This document shows positions 25,155 to 36,400 of a stretch of DNA of 64,000 nucleotides, piece after piece. The notes below the pieces were generated by a model, which was given only the letters and a program-made list of their open reading frames with translations, had not been told where the DNA came from and did not search any database. The first letter of the stretch is position 1. Each line of letters begins with the position of its first letter. Source of the stretch: Eledone cirrhosa (taxonomy: Eukaryota); the NCBI GenBank assembly GCA_964016885.1, contig CAXHJY010000001.1:746598-810597 (forward strand), read 5' to 3'. The position numbers and the translations under genes are program-made.

Positions 25155-25420
25155 AGGTACTTTATTTTATCAACCCCAGTACGTTACTGGTACTTTATCA
25201 ACCCCAGTACATTACTGGTACTTTACTTTATCAACCCCAGTACGTTACTGGTACTTTACTTTATCAACCCCAGTACATTACTGGTACTTTACTTTATCAA
25301 CCCCAGTACGTTACTGGTACTTTACTTTATCAACCCCAGTACGTTACTGGTACTTTACTTTATCAACCTTGTTAGGATGAAAGCCAGAGCTATAACTTCA
25401 GTAGGATTTGAACCCAGTTA
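25155..25420 (-). repeat. 33-bp tandem repeat (~6 units) inside a minus-strand SINE A, head-to-head with a plus SINE A (25418-25555)
   Basis: Unit ttatcaaccccagtacgttactggtactttact matches the reverse complement of the SINE A core. Confidence 0.8.
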
Positions 25421-25547
25421 CGTCCCTTTACGATCTGAGTTCAAATCCCGCCGAGGTTGACTTTGCCTTTCATCCTTACGGGGTCGATAAAATAAAGTAC
25501 CAGTAATGTACTGTGTAATTGCTGGCCTTGTGCCTTACATAGAAACA

Positions 25548-25930
25548 ATTATTAGTTCATATAATTAGTCAATATTATTAGTCAATATAATTAGTCAATA
25601 TAATTAGTCAATATTATTAGTCAATATTATTAGTCAATATAATTAGTCAATATAATTAGTCAATATTATTAGTCAATATAATTAGTCAATATAATTAGTC
25701 AATATTATTAGTCAATATAATTAGTCAATATAATTAGTCAATATAATTAGTCAATATAATTAGTTAATATAATTAGTCTATATAATTAGTCAATATAATT
25801 AGTCAATATAATTAGTTAATATAATTAGTCTATATAATTAGTTAATATAATTAGTCAATATAATTAGTCAATATAATTAGTCAATATAATTAGTTAATAT
25901 AATTAGTTAATATTACTCATAAATATTACT
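25548..25930. repeat. 13-bp AT-rich minisatellite
   Basis: Unit attagtcaatata. Confidence 0.92.
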
Positions 25931-26002
25931 AGTAGAGTGGTAGTTATAATAGTTAGTATAATGAATGGTGTAGTGGTAGTTAGTAGAGCGGTAGAGTGGA
26001 GT

Positions 26003-27908
26003 GAAGCACGTGGCTTCGTAGTTAGGGTATTCGGCTTAAGATTGTAAGGTCACGAGTTCAATTCCCAGCAGTACATTGTGTCCTTGAGCAAGACACTTTA
26101 TTCCATGTTGCTCCAGTCCACTGTGTCCTTGAGCAAGACACTTTATTTCATGTTGCTCCAGTCCACTGTGTCCTTGAGCAAGACACTTTATTTCATGTTG
26201 CTCCAGTCCACTGTGTCCTTGAGCAAGACACTTTATTTCATGTTGCTCCAGTCCACTGTGTCCTTGAGCAAGACACCTTATTTCATGTTGCTCCAGTCCA
26301 CTGTGTCCTTGAGCAAGACACTTTATTTCACGTTGCTCCAGTCCACTGTGTCCTTGAGCAAGACACTTTATTTCATGTTGCTCCAGTCCACTGTGTCCTT
26401 GAGCAAGACACTTTATTTCATGTTGCTCCAGTCCACTGTGTCCTTGAGCAAGACACTTTATTTCATATTGCTCCAGTCCACTGTGTCCTTGAGCAAGACA
26501 CTTTATTTCATGTTGCTCCAGTCCACTGTGTCCTTGAGCAAGACACTTTATTTCATGTTGCTCTAGTCCACTGTGTCCTTGAGCAAGACACTTTATTTCA
26601 TGTTGCTCCAGTCCACTGTGTCCTTGAGCAAGACACCTTATTTCATGTTGCTCCAGTCCACTGTGTCCTTGAGCAAGACACTTTATTTCATGTTGCTCCA
26701 GTCCACTGTGTCCTTGAGCAAGACACCTTATTTCATGTTGCTCCAGTCCACTGTGTCCTTGAGCAAGACACTTTATTTCATGTTGCTCCAGTCCACTGTG
26801 TCCTTGAGCAAGACACTTTATTTCATGTTGCTCCAGTCCACTGTGTCCTTGAGCAAGACACTTTATTTCATGTTGCTCCAGTCCACTGTGTCCTTGAGCA
26901 AGACACTTTATTTCATGTTGCTCCAGTCCACTGTGTCCTTGAGCAAGACACTTTATTTCATGTTGCTCCAGTCCACTGTGTCCTTGAGCAAGACACTTTA
27001 TTTCATGTTGCTCTAGTCCACTGTGTCCTTGAGCAAGACACTTTATTTCATGTTGCTCCAGTCCACTGTGTCCTTGAGCAAGACACTTTATTTCATGTTG
27101 CTCCAGTCCACTGTGTCCTTGAGCAAGACACTTTATTTCATGTTGCTCCAGTCCACTGTGTCCTTGAGCAAGACACCTTATTTCATGTTGCTCCAGTCCA
27201 CTGTGTCCTTGAGCAAGACACTTTATTTCATGTTGCTCCAGTCCACTGTGTCCTTGAGCAAGACACTTTATTTCATGTTGCTCCAGTCCACTGTGTCCTT
27301 GAGCAAGACACCTTATTTCATGTTGCTCCAGTCCACTGTGTCCTTGAGCAAGACACTTTATTTCATGTTGCTCCAGTCCACTGTGTCCTTGAGCAAGACA
27401 CCTTATTTCATGTTGCTCCAGTCCACTGTGTCCTTGAGCAAGACACCTTATTTCATGTTGCTCCAGTCCACTGTGTCCTTGAGCAAGACACTTTATTTCA
27501 TGTTGCTCCAGTCCACTGTGTCCTTGAGCAAGACACTTTATTTCATGTTGCTCCAGTCCACTGTGTCCTTGAGCAAGACACTTTATTTCATGTTGCTCCA
27601 GTCCACTGTGTCCTTGAGCAAGACACTTTATTTCATGTTGCTCCAGTCCACTGTGTCCTTGAGCAAGACACTTTATTTCATGTTGCTCCAGTCCACTCAG
27701 CTGGCAAAAATGAACTGTACCTGTAATTCGAAATGCTAGCCTTGTCACATATTGTGTCTTGCTGAATCTCCCTGAGAACTATATTATGGGTACGCGTGTT
27801 TGTGGAATACTCAGCCACTTGCATGTAAATTTCACGAGCAGGCTGTACTGTTGATTGTATCAGTTGGAACACTCATCGTAACCGATGGAGTGCCACTACT
27901 ACTACTAC
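26003..27908 (+). mobile_element. tRNA-derived SINE with a 45-bp internal segment amplified ~36 times (26077-27697)
   Basis: A box tggcttcgtagttagg, B box gagttcaattccc, unit gtgtccttgagcaagacactttatttcatgttgctccagtccact, unique 3' part and (cta)n tail. Confidence 0.9.
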
Positions 27909-28655
27909 AGAGTGGTAGTTATAATAGTATAGTGAATGGTATAGTGGTAGTTAGTAGCGTACTAGTTACAATAGTTAGTATAGTGAATGATTTAGTAGTA
28001 GTTAGTAGAGTACTAGTTACAATAGTTAGTATAATGAATGATGTAGTAGTAGTTAGTAGAGTACTAGTTACAATAGTTAGTATAGTGAATGATGTAGTGG
28101 TAGTTAGTATAGTGAATGGTATAGTGGTAGTTAGTAGAGTACAAGTTACAATAGTTAGTATAGTGAATGATGTAGTGGTAGTTAGTAGAGTACTAGTTAC
28201 AATAGTTAGTATAGTGATTGGTATAGTGGTAATTAGTAGAGTACTAGTTACAATAGTTAGTATAGTGAATGATGTAGTGGTAGTTAGTAGAGTACTAGTT
28301 ACAATAGTTAGTATAGTGAATGGTATAGTGGTAGTTAGTAGAGTACTAGTTACAATAGTTAGTATAGTGAATGATGTAGTGGTAGTTAGTAGAGTACTAG
28401 TTACAATAGTTAGTATAGTGAATGGTATAGTGGTAGTTAGTAGAGTACTAGTTACAATAGTTAGTATAGTGAATGATGTAGTGGTAGTTAATAGAGTACT
28501 AGTTACAATAGTTAGTATAGTGAATGGTATAGTGGTAGTTAGTAGAGTACTAGTTACAATAGTTAGTATAGTGAATGATGTAGTAGTAGTTAGTAGAGTA
28601 CTAGTTACAATAGTTAGTATAGTGGTAGTTAGTAGAGTACTAGTTACAATAGTAC
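27909..28655. repeat. 51-bp minisatellite (left remnant at 25931-26002)
   Basis: Unit gttagtagagtactagttacaatagttagtatagtgaatgatgtagtggta. Confidence 0.92.
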
Positions 28656-28724
28656 AGTGACTAGAAATGTGGAACAGCCGTGACTTCTTCAGAATTTGTT
28701 TATCTATTTTTTTTGTATGTTTAG

Positions 28725-28862
28725 TTTGTGATATTGGTAAATTTGGACCCAACTGCGAAAGCATCTGTCACTGTACTGACAACAACAGGTGTAACAAACA
28801 GACAGGTGTGTATTTTAGTGGCGGATGTGCTGGTGGTTATGAAGGTAGCAACTGTCAGACAG
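28725..28862 (+). CDS. EGF-like repeat exon 8 (sixth Cys replaced by Tyr)
   Basis: gtttag acceptor, gtaagt donor, 138 bp; VCDIGKFGPNCESICHCTDNNRCNKQTGVYFSGGCAGGYEGSNCQT. Confidence 0.82.
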
Positions 28863-29309
28863 GTAAGTGGTGTAGTATAGCTTTGTTTGTAACTTAATAT
28901 ATTGAAACAAGATGACAGTAGGTGTAACACAGAGACAGATGTAACACAGAGACAGGTGTAACACAGAGACAGGTGTGTGTTATAGTAGAATGTGTGGTGC
29001 TGATTATAAAGGTATCAACTGTCAGACAGGTATGTGTTCCAGCGGAAGATGTGGTGCTGGTTGTGGAAGTAGCAACTGTCAGACAGGTGTGTGTTCCAAT
29101 GGAGGGTGTGGTGCTGGTTATAAAGGTAGCATCTGTTCCATCTCAATGCATCAGAACAGCATGAAATTTGAAGAGTCTGGTGTTTTGACTCTCAGCAAGG
29201 TGTCTCCATCAACCTCAATGTGTCAGACACACCATTCATCTTCTCTTTTAAGCCATATATATATATCTCTATATATATATGTAATCTGAGTTTTTCGAAT
29301 ATTAATAAT

Positions 29310-29494
29310 TGTTTCTACTTTTGGCACAAGGCCAGCAATTACCCAGTGTATTACTGGTACTTTATTTTATCGACCCCATAAGGATGAAAGGCAAAGTTAA
29401 CCTCAGCGGGATTTGAACTCAGAATAGCAAGGGCCGTAACTTTATGCGTCAAAGCATGGTCCGACCCTCTACCGATACTGCCAATCTACCGCCC
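29310..29494 (-). mobile_element. Full-length SINE A with 18-bp TSD
   Basis: ttttcgaatattaataat at 29292-29309 and 29495-29512. Confidence 0.9.
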
Positions 29495-30217
29495 TTTTCG
29501 AATATTAATAATAGCATTCGATTCGTCTGCAATTATGCAAACAAGCCTCAATTTTAAAGCCATGTCAATAGAATGAACCCATCATTCTTGCTCTTGTGTT
29601 GGCATGTAAACAGAATTGCAGACACTAATTTTTCTGGGTATCAGCCTTCATCAGTACAGCTCACTCTTCACCTGCCAACTGTCAGAGCTAGTGAAAATAT
29701 ATACTATTTTCTAAAATATACAGTGGCTGATCGGCCTGATTTCCATATTAGCAGACTGGCTGATCAGTCAGATCTGCATATTAGCAGATCCACTGATCAG
29801 CCAGATTTGTATATCAGCAGACTGGCCAGTCAGTTTCCTGTATACGAGCAATAAATGACCGGCTTTGCCACATTCAAATAAAATAAAATTTCCACTCTAC
29901 ATGGCTGAATACAATAAATGTAATCTGAGGAGATGACGAAGGACCGTGACAAGTGGAGAGATGCTGCGCTGAATAGAACCCGTCCAACCCTTGCAAGCAG
30001 GGAAAGGCGGACGTAAAATGATGATGATGATGATGATGATTGTGTGTAAACAGAGATAACAACACAATCGGTACAGTATATGGAAAGAAAATATTAGGTT
30101 AACACTTGAAATAGCAACAAGAGGGTTTTAAGGTTTTGGACGCTAGTCCTTCATCAGAAGAAAGAATGAGAAATTAGAAAGATTGAAGGGACAGGCAGGG
30201 TGGAATCAGAAAAAAAA

Positions 30218-30258
<41 letters not shown>

Positions 30259-30420
30259 TATATTTATATATATATATATTTAAGAAAATCAACAAAGAAA
30301 AGAGAAGACAGCGAACGAAAACAAAACAAAACAAAAAAACAATTTTTAAAAAGGAAACCGTTAAACCATAAAGCTACAAAAAACATACAATTTTGTGTGA
30401 CATTAGTGAAAAAAATATAT

Positions 30421-30745
30421 ATCATCACCATCACCCTTTTACGTCCATTCTTCCATGGGTTAGACCGGTTGTCCTGTTGTAGGCAATGCCAGGTCGAGTG
30501 ACCTTGTCTTGCTCATATGGGAACTGATGCTGGCTTGATTTCTACAGCTGGATGCCCTTCCTAACACCAACCTCATTTACAGTGAGTGCTAGGTGCTTTT
30601 TTACCGTGGCGCCTACATGTCCACTTTACAGTGTGGGCTGGGTGCTTTTTTGTCATGACACCTCCACGACCACTTTGCAGTGGGAGGAGGGGGTGGGGGC
30701 ATATTTTCCATATGCTTCAGCTTCGGCTTGTACCCTAGGGAAGTC
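30421..30745 (-). mobile_element. 3' UTR fragment of the RTE LINE found at 38936-41392
   Basis: Colinear similarity with 38936-39260, including the (gat)n-like tail. Confidence 0.8.
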
Positions 30746-30830
30746 AGGTCTTCTGCATATATATATATTAAGTGTTTCCGAAGGAAAGGAGAGTGCACTA
30801 TGTAAGCTACAGAGCTATTTAGTTATGTAA

Positions 30831-30940
30831 TAAACAACATAAGACAATTATTCCATTTACCAAAGGTTTCACGAAGACAGACGAGCTCGTCAGTCTTCAT
30901 AAAACCTTTGGTAAATGGAATAATTGTCTTATGTTGTTTA
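30831..30940. repeat. 110-bp near-perfect palindrome
   Basis: 55-bp arms with 3 mismatches, centre gacgag|ctcgtc, no spacer. Confidence 0.92.
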
Positions 30941-31013
30941 ATGGCGCATGTCTCTCGGACATGACACCCTTAATTTAATTTTGGAATTATATATATTTTT
31001 TTTTCTGCCATAG

Positions 31014-31151
31014 TTTGTCAATATGGAAGGTTTGGTGCCAAGTGCAGCAGTATATGTCACTGTACAGACAACAGCAAGTGTACCCCAGTATCAGGGACCT
31101 GTTCAAGTGGGGGTTGTATTGCTAGATATGAGGGTAACAATTGTCAGTTAA
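31014..31151 (+). CDS. EGF-like repeat exon 9
   Basis: ccatag acceptor, gtaagt donor, 138 bp; VCQYGRFGAKCSSICHCTDNSKCTPVSGTCSSGGCIARYEGNNCQL. Confidence 0.9.
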   Translation, partial: FVNMEGLVPSAAVYVTVQTTASVPQYQGPVQVGVVLLDMRVTIVS

Positions 31152-31494
31152 GTAAGTATATATTTGTTGTTGTTGCTATTGTTGTTTTGTTGTTGTTATT
31201 TTGTTATTGATGGGCAACAGCAACAAACTCCCTCTTACACCAATGGCCAGACAACACAGGCTGGAGATAGAATGTGTAGCAACAAGAGCGGTGCCCCAGC
31301 ATGGCCTCTGCCAGATGGCTGGAACAGGTAAAAATGTAAGGGATGTTGTTGATGACTGCTATTTTTGTTTGCTGTTGTTATTTTGTTATTGTTTTTGTTG
31401 TTGCTATTGTTGTTTGTTTTTGTTATTCATGTTATTGTTGTTGATGATGGTTGCTGTTGTTGTTGTTGATGTTTACTGTTATTCTTGTACATTC

Positions 31495-32340
31495 TCTACA
31501 TTTCACATCTCACACAATTCACATCTATATTTCACATTATACAATTCACACCTTTACATTTCACATATCCTACATTTCACATCTCTTACATTTCACATCA
31601 CCTACATTTCACATCTCTTACATTTCACATCTCCTACATTTCACATCTCTTACATTTCACATCTCTTACATTTCACATCACCTACATTTCACATCTCTTA
31701 CATTTCACATCTCTTACATTTCACATCTCTTACATTTCACATATCTTACATTTCACATCTCTTACATTTCACATCTCCTACATTTCACATCTCCTACATT
31801 TCACATCTCCTACATTTCACATCTCCTACATTTCACATCTCCTACATTCCTCATCCCTACATTCCTCATCCCTACATTTCACATCACCTACATTTCACAT
31901 CTCTTACATTTCACATCACCTACATTTCACATCTCTTACATTTCACATCCTTACATTTCACATCTCTTACATTTCACATCTCCTACATTTCACATCCTTA
32001 CATTTCACATATCCTACATTTCACATATCCTACATTTCACATCACCTACATTTCACATCTCTTACATTTCACATCTCTTACATTTCATATCTACTACAGT
32101 TCACATATCCTACATTTCACATCTCCTACATTCCTCATCCCTACATTCCCCATCCCTACATTCCTCATCCCTACATTTCACATCACCTACATTTCACATC
32201 CCTACATTTTACACCCACTACATTTCATATTCCTACATTTCACATCCCATACATTTCACATCCCATACATTTCACAACTCATACATTGTATATCACATAC
32301 ATTTCACATCTCATTCCATCTAACTTCTATATTCTTCATA
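31495..32340. repeat. ~16-bp minisatellite reaching the exon 10 acceptor
   Basis: Unit tacatttcacatctct with variants. Confidence 0.92.
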
Positions 32341-32354
32341 TTTAATGTACCCAG

Positions 32355-32492
32355 AGTGTAGAAGTGGTAAATTTGGTGACAACTGTATTAACTCATGTCA
32401 CTGTGCCAACAACAGCAAGTGTGACCCCATCACAGGTGTATGTTCCAGTGGTGGCTGTGAAGCTGGCTATCAAGGTAGCAATTGTCAGACAG
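32355..32492 (+). CDS. EGF-like repeat exon 10
   Basis: cccag acceptor, gtgagt donor, 138 bp; xCRSGKFGDNCINSCHCANNSKCDPITGVCSSGGCEAGYQGSNCQT. Confidence 0.9.
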
Positions 32493-33221
32493 GTGAGTCA
32501 TTCAGTAGATCTTCTATGCTATTTGTATTTCTAGGTGAGCACATGGCACTTCAAAGTGAGATTCCAAACTTACCAAGGAAAGAGTGACATGAAAAGACCG
32601 AGGCTCCTTTGGGGTGCATTTTTGTCAGAGGCCAGTTAAACCTACATAGGTAGAGCTGTAACAACATGATAGGCCTGGGGTCCTTATTATTAAAACACCC
32701 AGAATATTTCCCATGGAGTGCATCCTTGTAGGCGGCCAGCCAAACCTACATAAATGTGAGCTGTAACAACAACATGATAGGCATGGTGTCCTTACCATTG
32801 AAACACCCAGAATACTTCCTATGGGGTGACAACCTCATAGGAGGCCGACTAAGCCTATAAAGGTGCTTGTTTAAAAAAAATAAAACTTGACTATAAACCA
32901 AATGGATACACCATTTTTTCTCTTCTTCACTGATACTCTCCCCATGTGCCTTCTCCTCCTGCTTTCCACCACTACTATATTGGACTCTGTTCCTCGGAGT
33001 ATTCTAGGTTCATGCCACCTCCACTCAGACATTTTCAACTGACTCCTCTCTCTTCTTTTCGTCCCACATTTTGTATCCACTTGGTGCCACCCTAATTAGT
33101 ACAACCTCTCAAGAACTGGTGCACCCAGGCCACTCAGTAAAGTGATTGGTTACAAGAAGAATACCCAACCAGTAAAACCAAGCCAAAACTATGTAAAGCA
33201 CAAATGTACCAATGTTTTTAA

Positions 33222-33451
33222 TTAACCCTTTCGTGTTCAAACTGGCCCAAACCGGCCAGAATTCTCTACCTCTTTCTGTTGATATTGGCTGTAACTGGTC
33301 GCTCAAACTGATGTTAAGGTATTGTTCTCAAAATAAATACTTTCAAAATCTCATAGATTCGATATTATGTGAGATAATTATGTGAGATAAAGCCTTTACC
33401 ATGAAAATACACAATAGTATATATAGAGTAATGTGAATGGTAAAGGGTTAA
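33222..33451 (+). mobile_element. TTAA MITE
   Basis: ttaacccttt...taaagggttaa; same family as 24412-24640. Confidence 0.85.
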
Positions 33452-33859
33452 TAATGATTTCTTAATTTTGGAGTAAAGAGAAAGTCAGTTGATTATATCT
33501 ACCCCAGTATTTAACTGGTACATTATTTTATCAAGCTTGTAAAAATGACATTCAAGTTTGACCTGAGCAAGATTTGAACTCAGAACTCAGAAGTTCTGCA
33601 AAGCATTTCATCCAACAAACACTCCAACAGTTCTGCCCATTTCTTTCCCTTTTACAACAAAAGGATGACATTGTTCATCTAGAAAACACACGTGGTGTTT
33701 ATGAGGCTGTTTGCTGGCAAACAAACTGAATATTAATGATATTATAATACTATTATAACATTATTGTTATCCAGTGCATTACTAATAAAGTACCAGTAAT
33801 ACACTGGGATAATTGCTAGCCTTGTGCAAAAAGTAGAAATAATTATTATTGAATCGTGA

Positions 33860-34057
33860 GGGTGGTGGATTGGCAGTATCGGTAGAGCGTCGGATGCCAT
33901 GCTTTGCAGCATAGAGTTATGGTTCTTTACGGTCTGAGTTCAAATCCCACAGAGGTTAACTTTGCCTTTCGACCTTACGGGGTCGATAAAATAAAGTACC
34001 AGTAATGCACTGGGGTAATTGCTGGCCTTATGTCAAAAGTCGAAACAATTCTTATTC
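33860..34057 (+). mobile_element. SINE A (further copies 35383-35540 +, 37322-37500 -, 42668-42852 +, 57932-58120 +)
   Basis: Same head, core and tail as 18615-18811. Confidence 0.85.
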
Positions 34058-34096
34058 ACTCATGAATAAATAATAAATAATAGCTCTATATTTCAG

Positions 34097-34234
34097 AGTG
34101 CTCCAGTGGCAAGTTTGGTAAAGATTGTAGCTATAGCTGTCACTGCTATGACAATAGCACGTGTAACCCTAAATCTGGTACCTGTTCGAGTGGTGGGTGT
34201 ACACCTGGCTATAAAGGTAACAACTGTCAAACAG
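34097..34234 (+). CDS. EGF-like repeat exon 11
   Basis: tttcag acceptor, gtgagt donor, 138 bp; ECSSGKFGKDCSYSCHCYDNSTCNPKSGTCSSGGCTPGYKGNNCQT. Confidence 0.9.
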
Positions 34235-34519
34235 GTGAGTGAAATGAAAGAAGCTAATTACTATGTGCAACATATATGAATTCTTGTTTTATCTCTCCAA
34301 ACTTTAGGGTGTTCTTTATTAGTCATTCCCAAAGTGGGATCCATGGAACCCAAGGGTTCTGCAAATGAATGTCTGGGGTTCCATGAAAAAAAGGTAGAGA
34401 AGTATATTTATATTCAAACCATATAAAAATATGAGACTGGGATTCCGCCAGAAGTTTCTGAACCAAAAAGGGTTTGCTTTTTTTTTTATTAACAAACAAT
34501 GTTTTTGTTTCTTTGAAAG

Positions 34520-34657
34520 TCTGCCAGAATGGTAGATTTGGCAGCAACTGTGAAGGTATATGTCACTGTGTAGACAGCAACAAATGTGACTCAGTGACAG
34601 GAATATGTTCTGACGGAAGATGTGTTGCTGGTTTTGAAGGAAGAAACTGCCAAAATG
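34520..34657 (+). CDS. EGF-like repeat exon 12
   Basis: ttgaaag acceptor, gtgagt donor, 138 bp; VCQNGRFGSNCEGICHCVDSNKCDSVTGICSDGRCVAGFEGRNCQN. Confidence 0.9.
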
Positions 34658-36107
34658 GTGAGTAAAACTAAATATCGAATTTCCATTCTGTCTTTTTTTC
34701 TAGGGGGGGGGGGGGGGGGGCAGATTTGTAAATTAAAATAAAAGCTGGTGAATTGACAGTATCTTTTTCAATATCTTTTATTCACCTCTTTATAATATGT
34801 AAGGACACTGTCAGTTGTTTACAGTTTAAACTAGTTATGAGATCAATGAACTGTCATCTCTATCTAACACTAACACAAGTGGTAAAGCTGTTGGATTTAC
34901 AATCATAATGTTGTGGGTTTGGTTCCTGGACTTGGCTGTGCATTGCGTTCTTAAGCAAAACATTCTTGCGTAGTATACTCAGTTGAAAATGAGTACCAGC
35001 AATTGCTGGGGGATTTTAAATTCCATCCTGCACAGGACAGGAGTCCTGTGCAGGATGGAATTCTGTACTCTCAGTTGCTTCACACCATGGAAACCGAGAT
35101 AAGCACATTCCACCCTTCTCTCAGGCATTGCATAACTAGGACTACACTATTTAATGTGTCCTTTCCTTTTTATCATACTAATCTATAATTTGGCTGTTAC
35201 TTGTTCTGAGTCTAAAGTCTGTCTCAAGCCTGGATGCTAATCAGGCCAGTGTTTACCTTGGTTTCCATGGTGTTAAGTGACTGACAGTAAACAATTCCAG
35301 CCTGGACAGGACACCAGTCCATTGCAGAGAAAACCCCCAGCAATTGTTGATACTCATTTCCAACTGAGTATACTGAGTATATAGGCAGTGAATTGGCAGA
35401 GTCGTTAGAACATCAGATAGAATGCTTTGTGGTATTCGTTCCAACTCTCTGCTCTCTGAGTTCAAATCCCGCTGAGGTCAACTTTGCCTTTCATCCTTTT
35501 GATGTCAATAAAAAAATACCAGTCTAGTACTGGGGTCGATTCTTCTTCTATATCTCTTTCTCATTTCCTCTCTCTCACTTTCTATCTTTCTCTGGAAGAA
35601 ATCTGCTGTATTCAGGCCTGGGCTCCGCCTGGCTTAAAATACCCAAGAAATGATGTCTTAATACGGCACCTCTACGACTCTGTCAGGAGTTACAGGACCA
35701 TACATACATACTGAGTATAATGTTTTGCTCAAGAACATAACACACAACCCAGTCCAAGAATGAAACCCAGAACATGATTGTAAGTTTAACACCATTTACA
35801 CTTGTGTTAGTGTTAAATAGAGCATGAAAGTTTATTAGCTTTGTTGCAATTAGTTGAGACACAAAATAACTGGCACAGTGTCCTTTCCTATTGTAAGAGG
35901 TGAATAAAAGAGTTCACACACACATACACATAAACACACGCATGCACTCACACTCTAAAACACACAAACACACATACTCTTTCACACTCTTAAATGCTCA
36001 AATGTACTCACACACTAAAACACACAAACACACTCACATTAAAACACACAAATGCACTCACTCACACACACTTAAACACAGTAATGTAAATGTTAAATAG
36101 ATTAAGG

Positions 36108-36400
36108 CAGTCATGGGTAACCTGCGGCACACAAAGCTTTCTAAATGACTCACCTAAATCACCTAAGTGAAATCTTTCTGATTTTTTTACCCCAACTTTT
36201 CAGTCGTAATTTATCTTTCTATAATTTTTAACGATTGAGGAAAACAACGTGTACGAATTCTGAAGAAACAAATCAAAACAACCTGAGTTATCACCCTTTT
36301 TTTTTAATGTGGGCACAAATGTAAATTAGCGCTTGCGGCCTCCCTGATGATGAGCCATATCTCATGCAGCCCGCTTCTCGAAAAAGGTTGCCCATGCCTG
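36108..36400. mobile_element. hAT-type MITE
   Basis: TIRs cagtcatgggtaacct / aggttgcccatgcctg; imperfect 8-bp TSD gattaagg / ggttaatg. Confidence 0.7.

Noticed and set aside
26036-27748. 570-aa ORF of SGLEQHEIKCLAQGH repeats
   Set aside because: Antisense reading of an amplified SINE segment
27800-28764. Mucin-like Thr-rich or Val-rich ORFs
   Set aside because: 51-bp satellite, open on both strands owing to low complexity
31201-32361. His-rich ORFs in all three frames
   Set aside because: 16-bp minisatellite
32590-32870. ~105-bp unit repeated 2-3 times
   Set aside because: Diverged local tandem duplication with no recognisable function or parent
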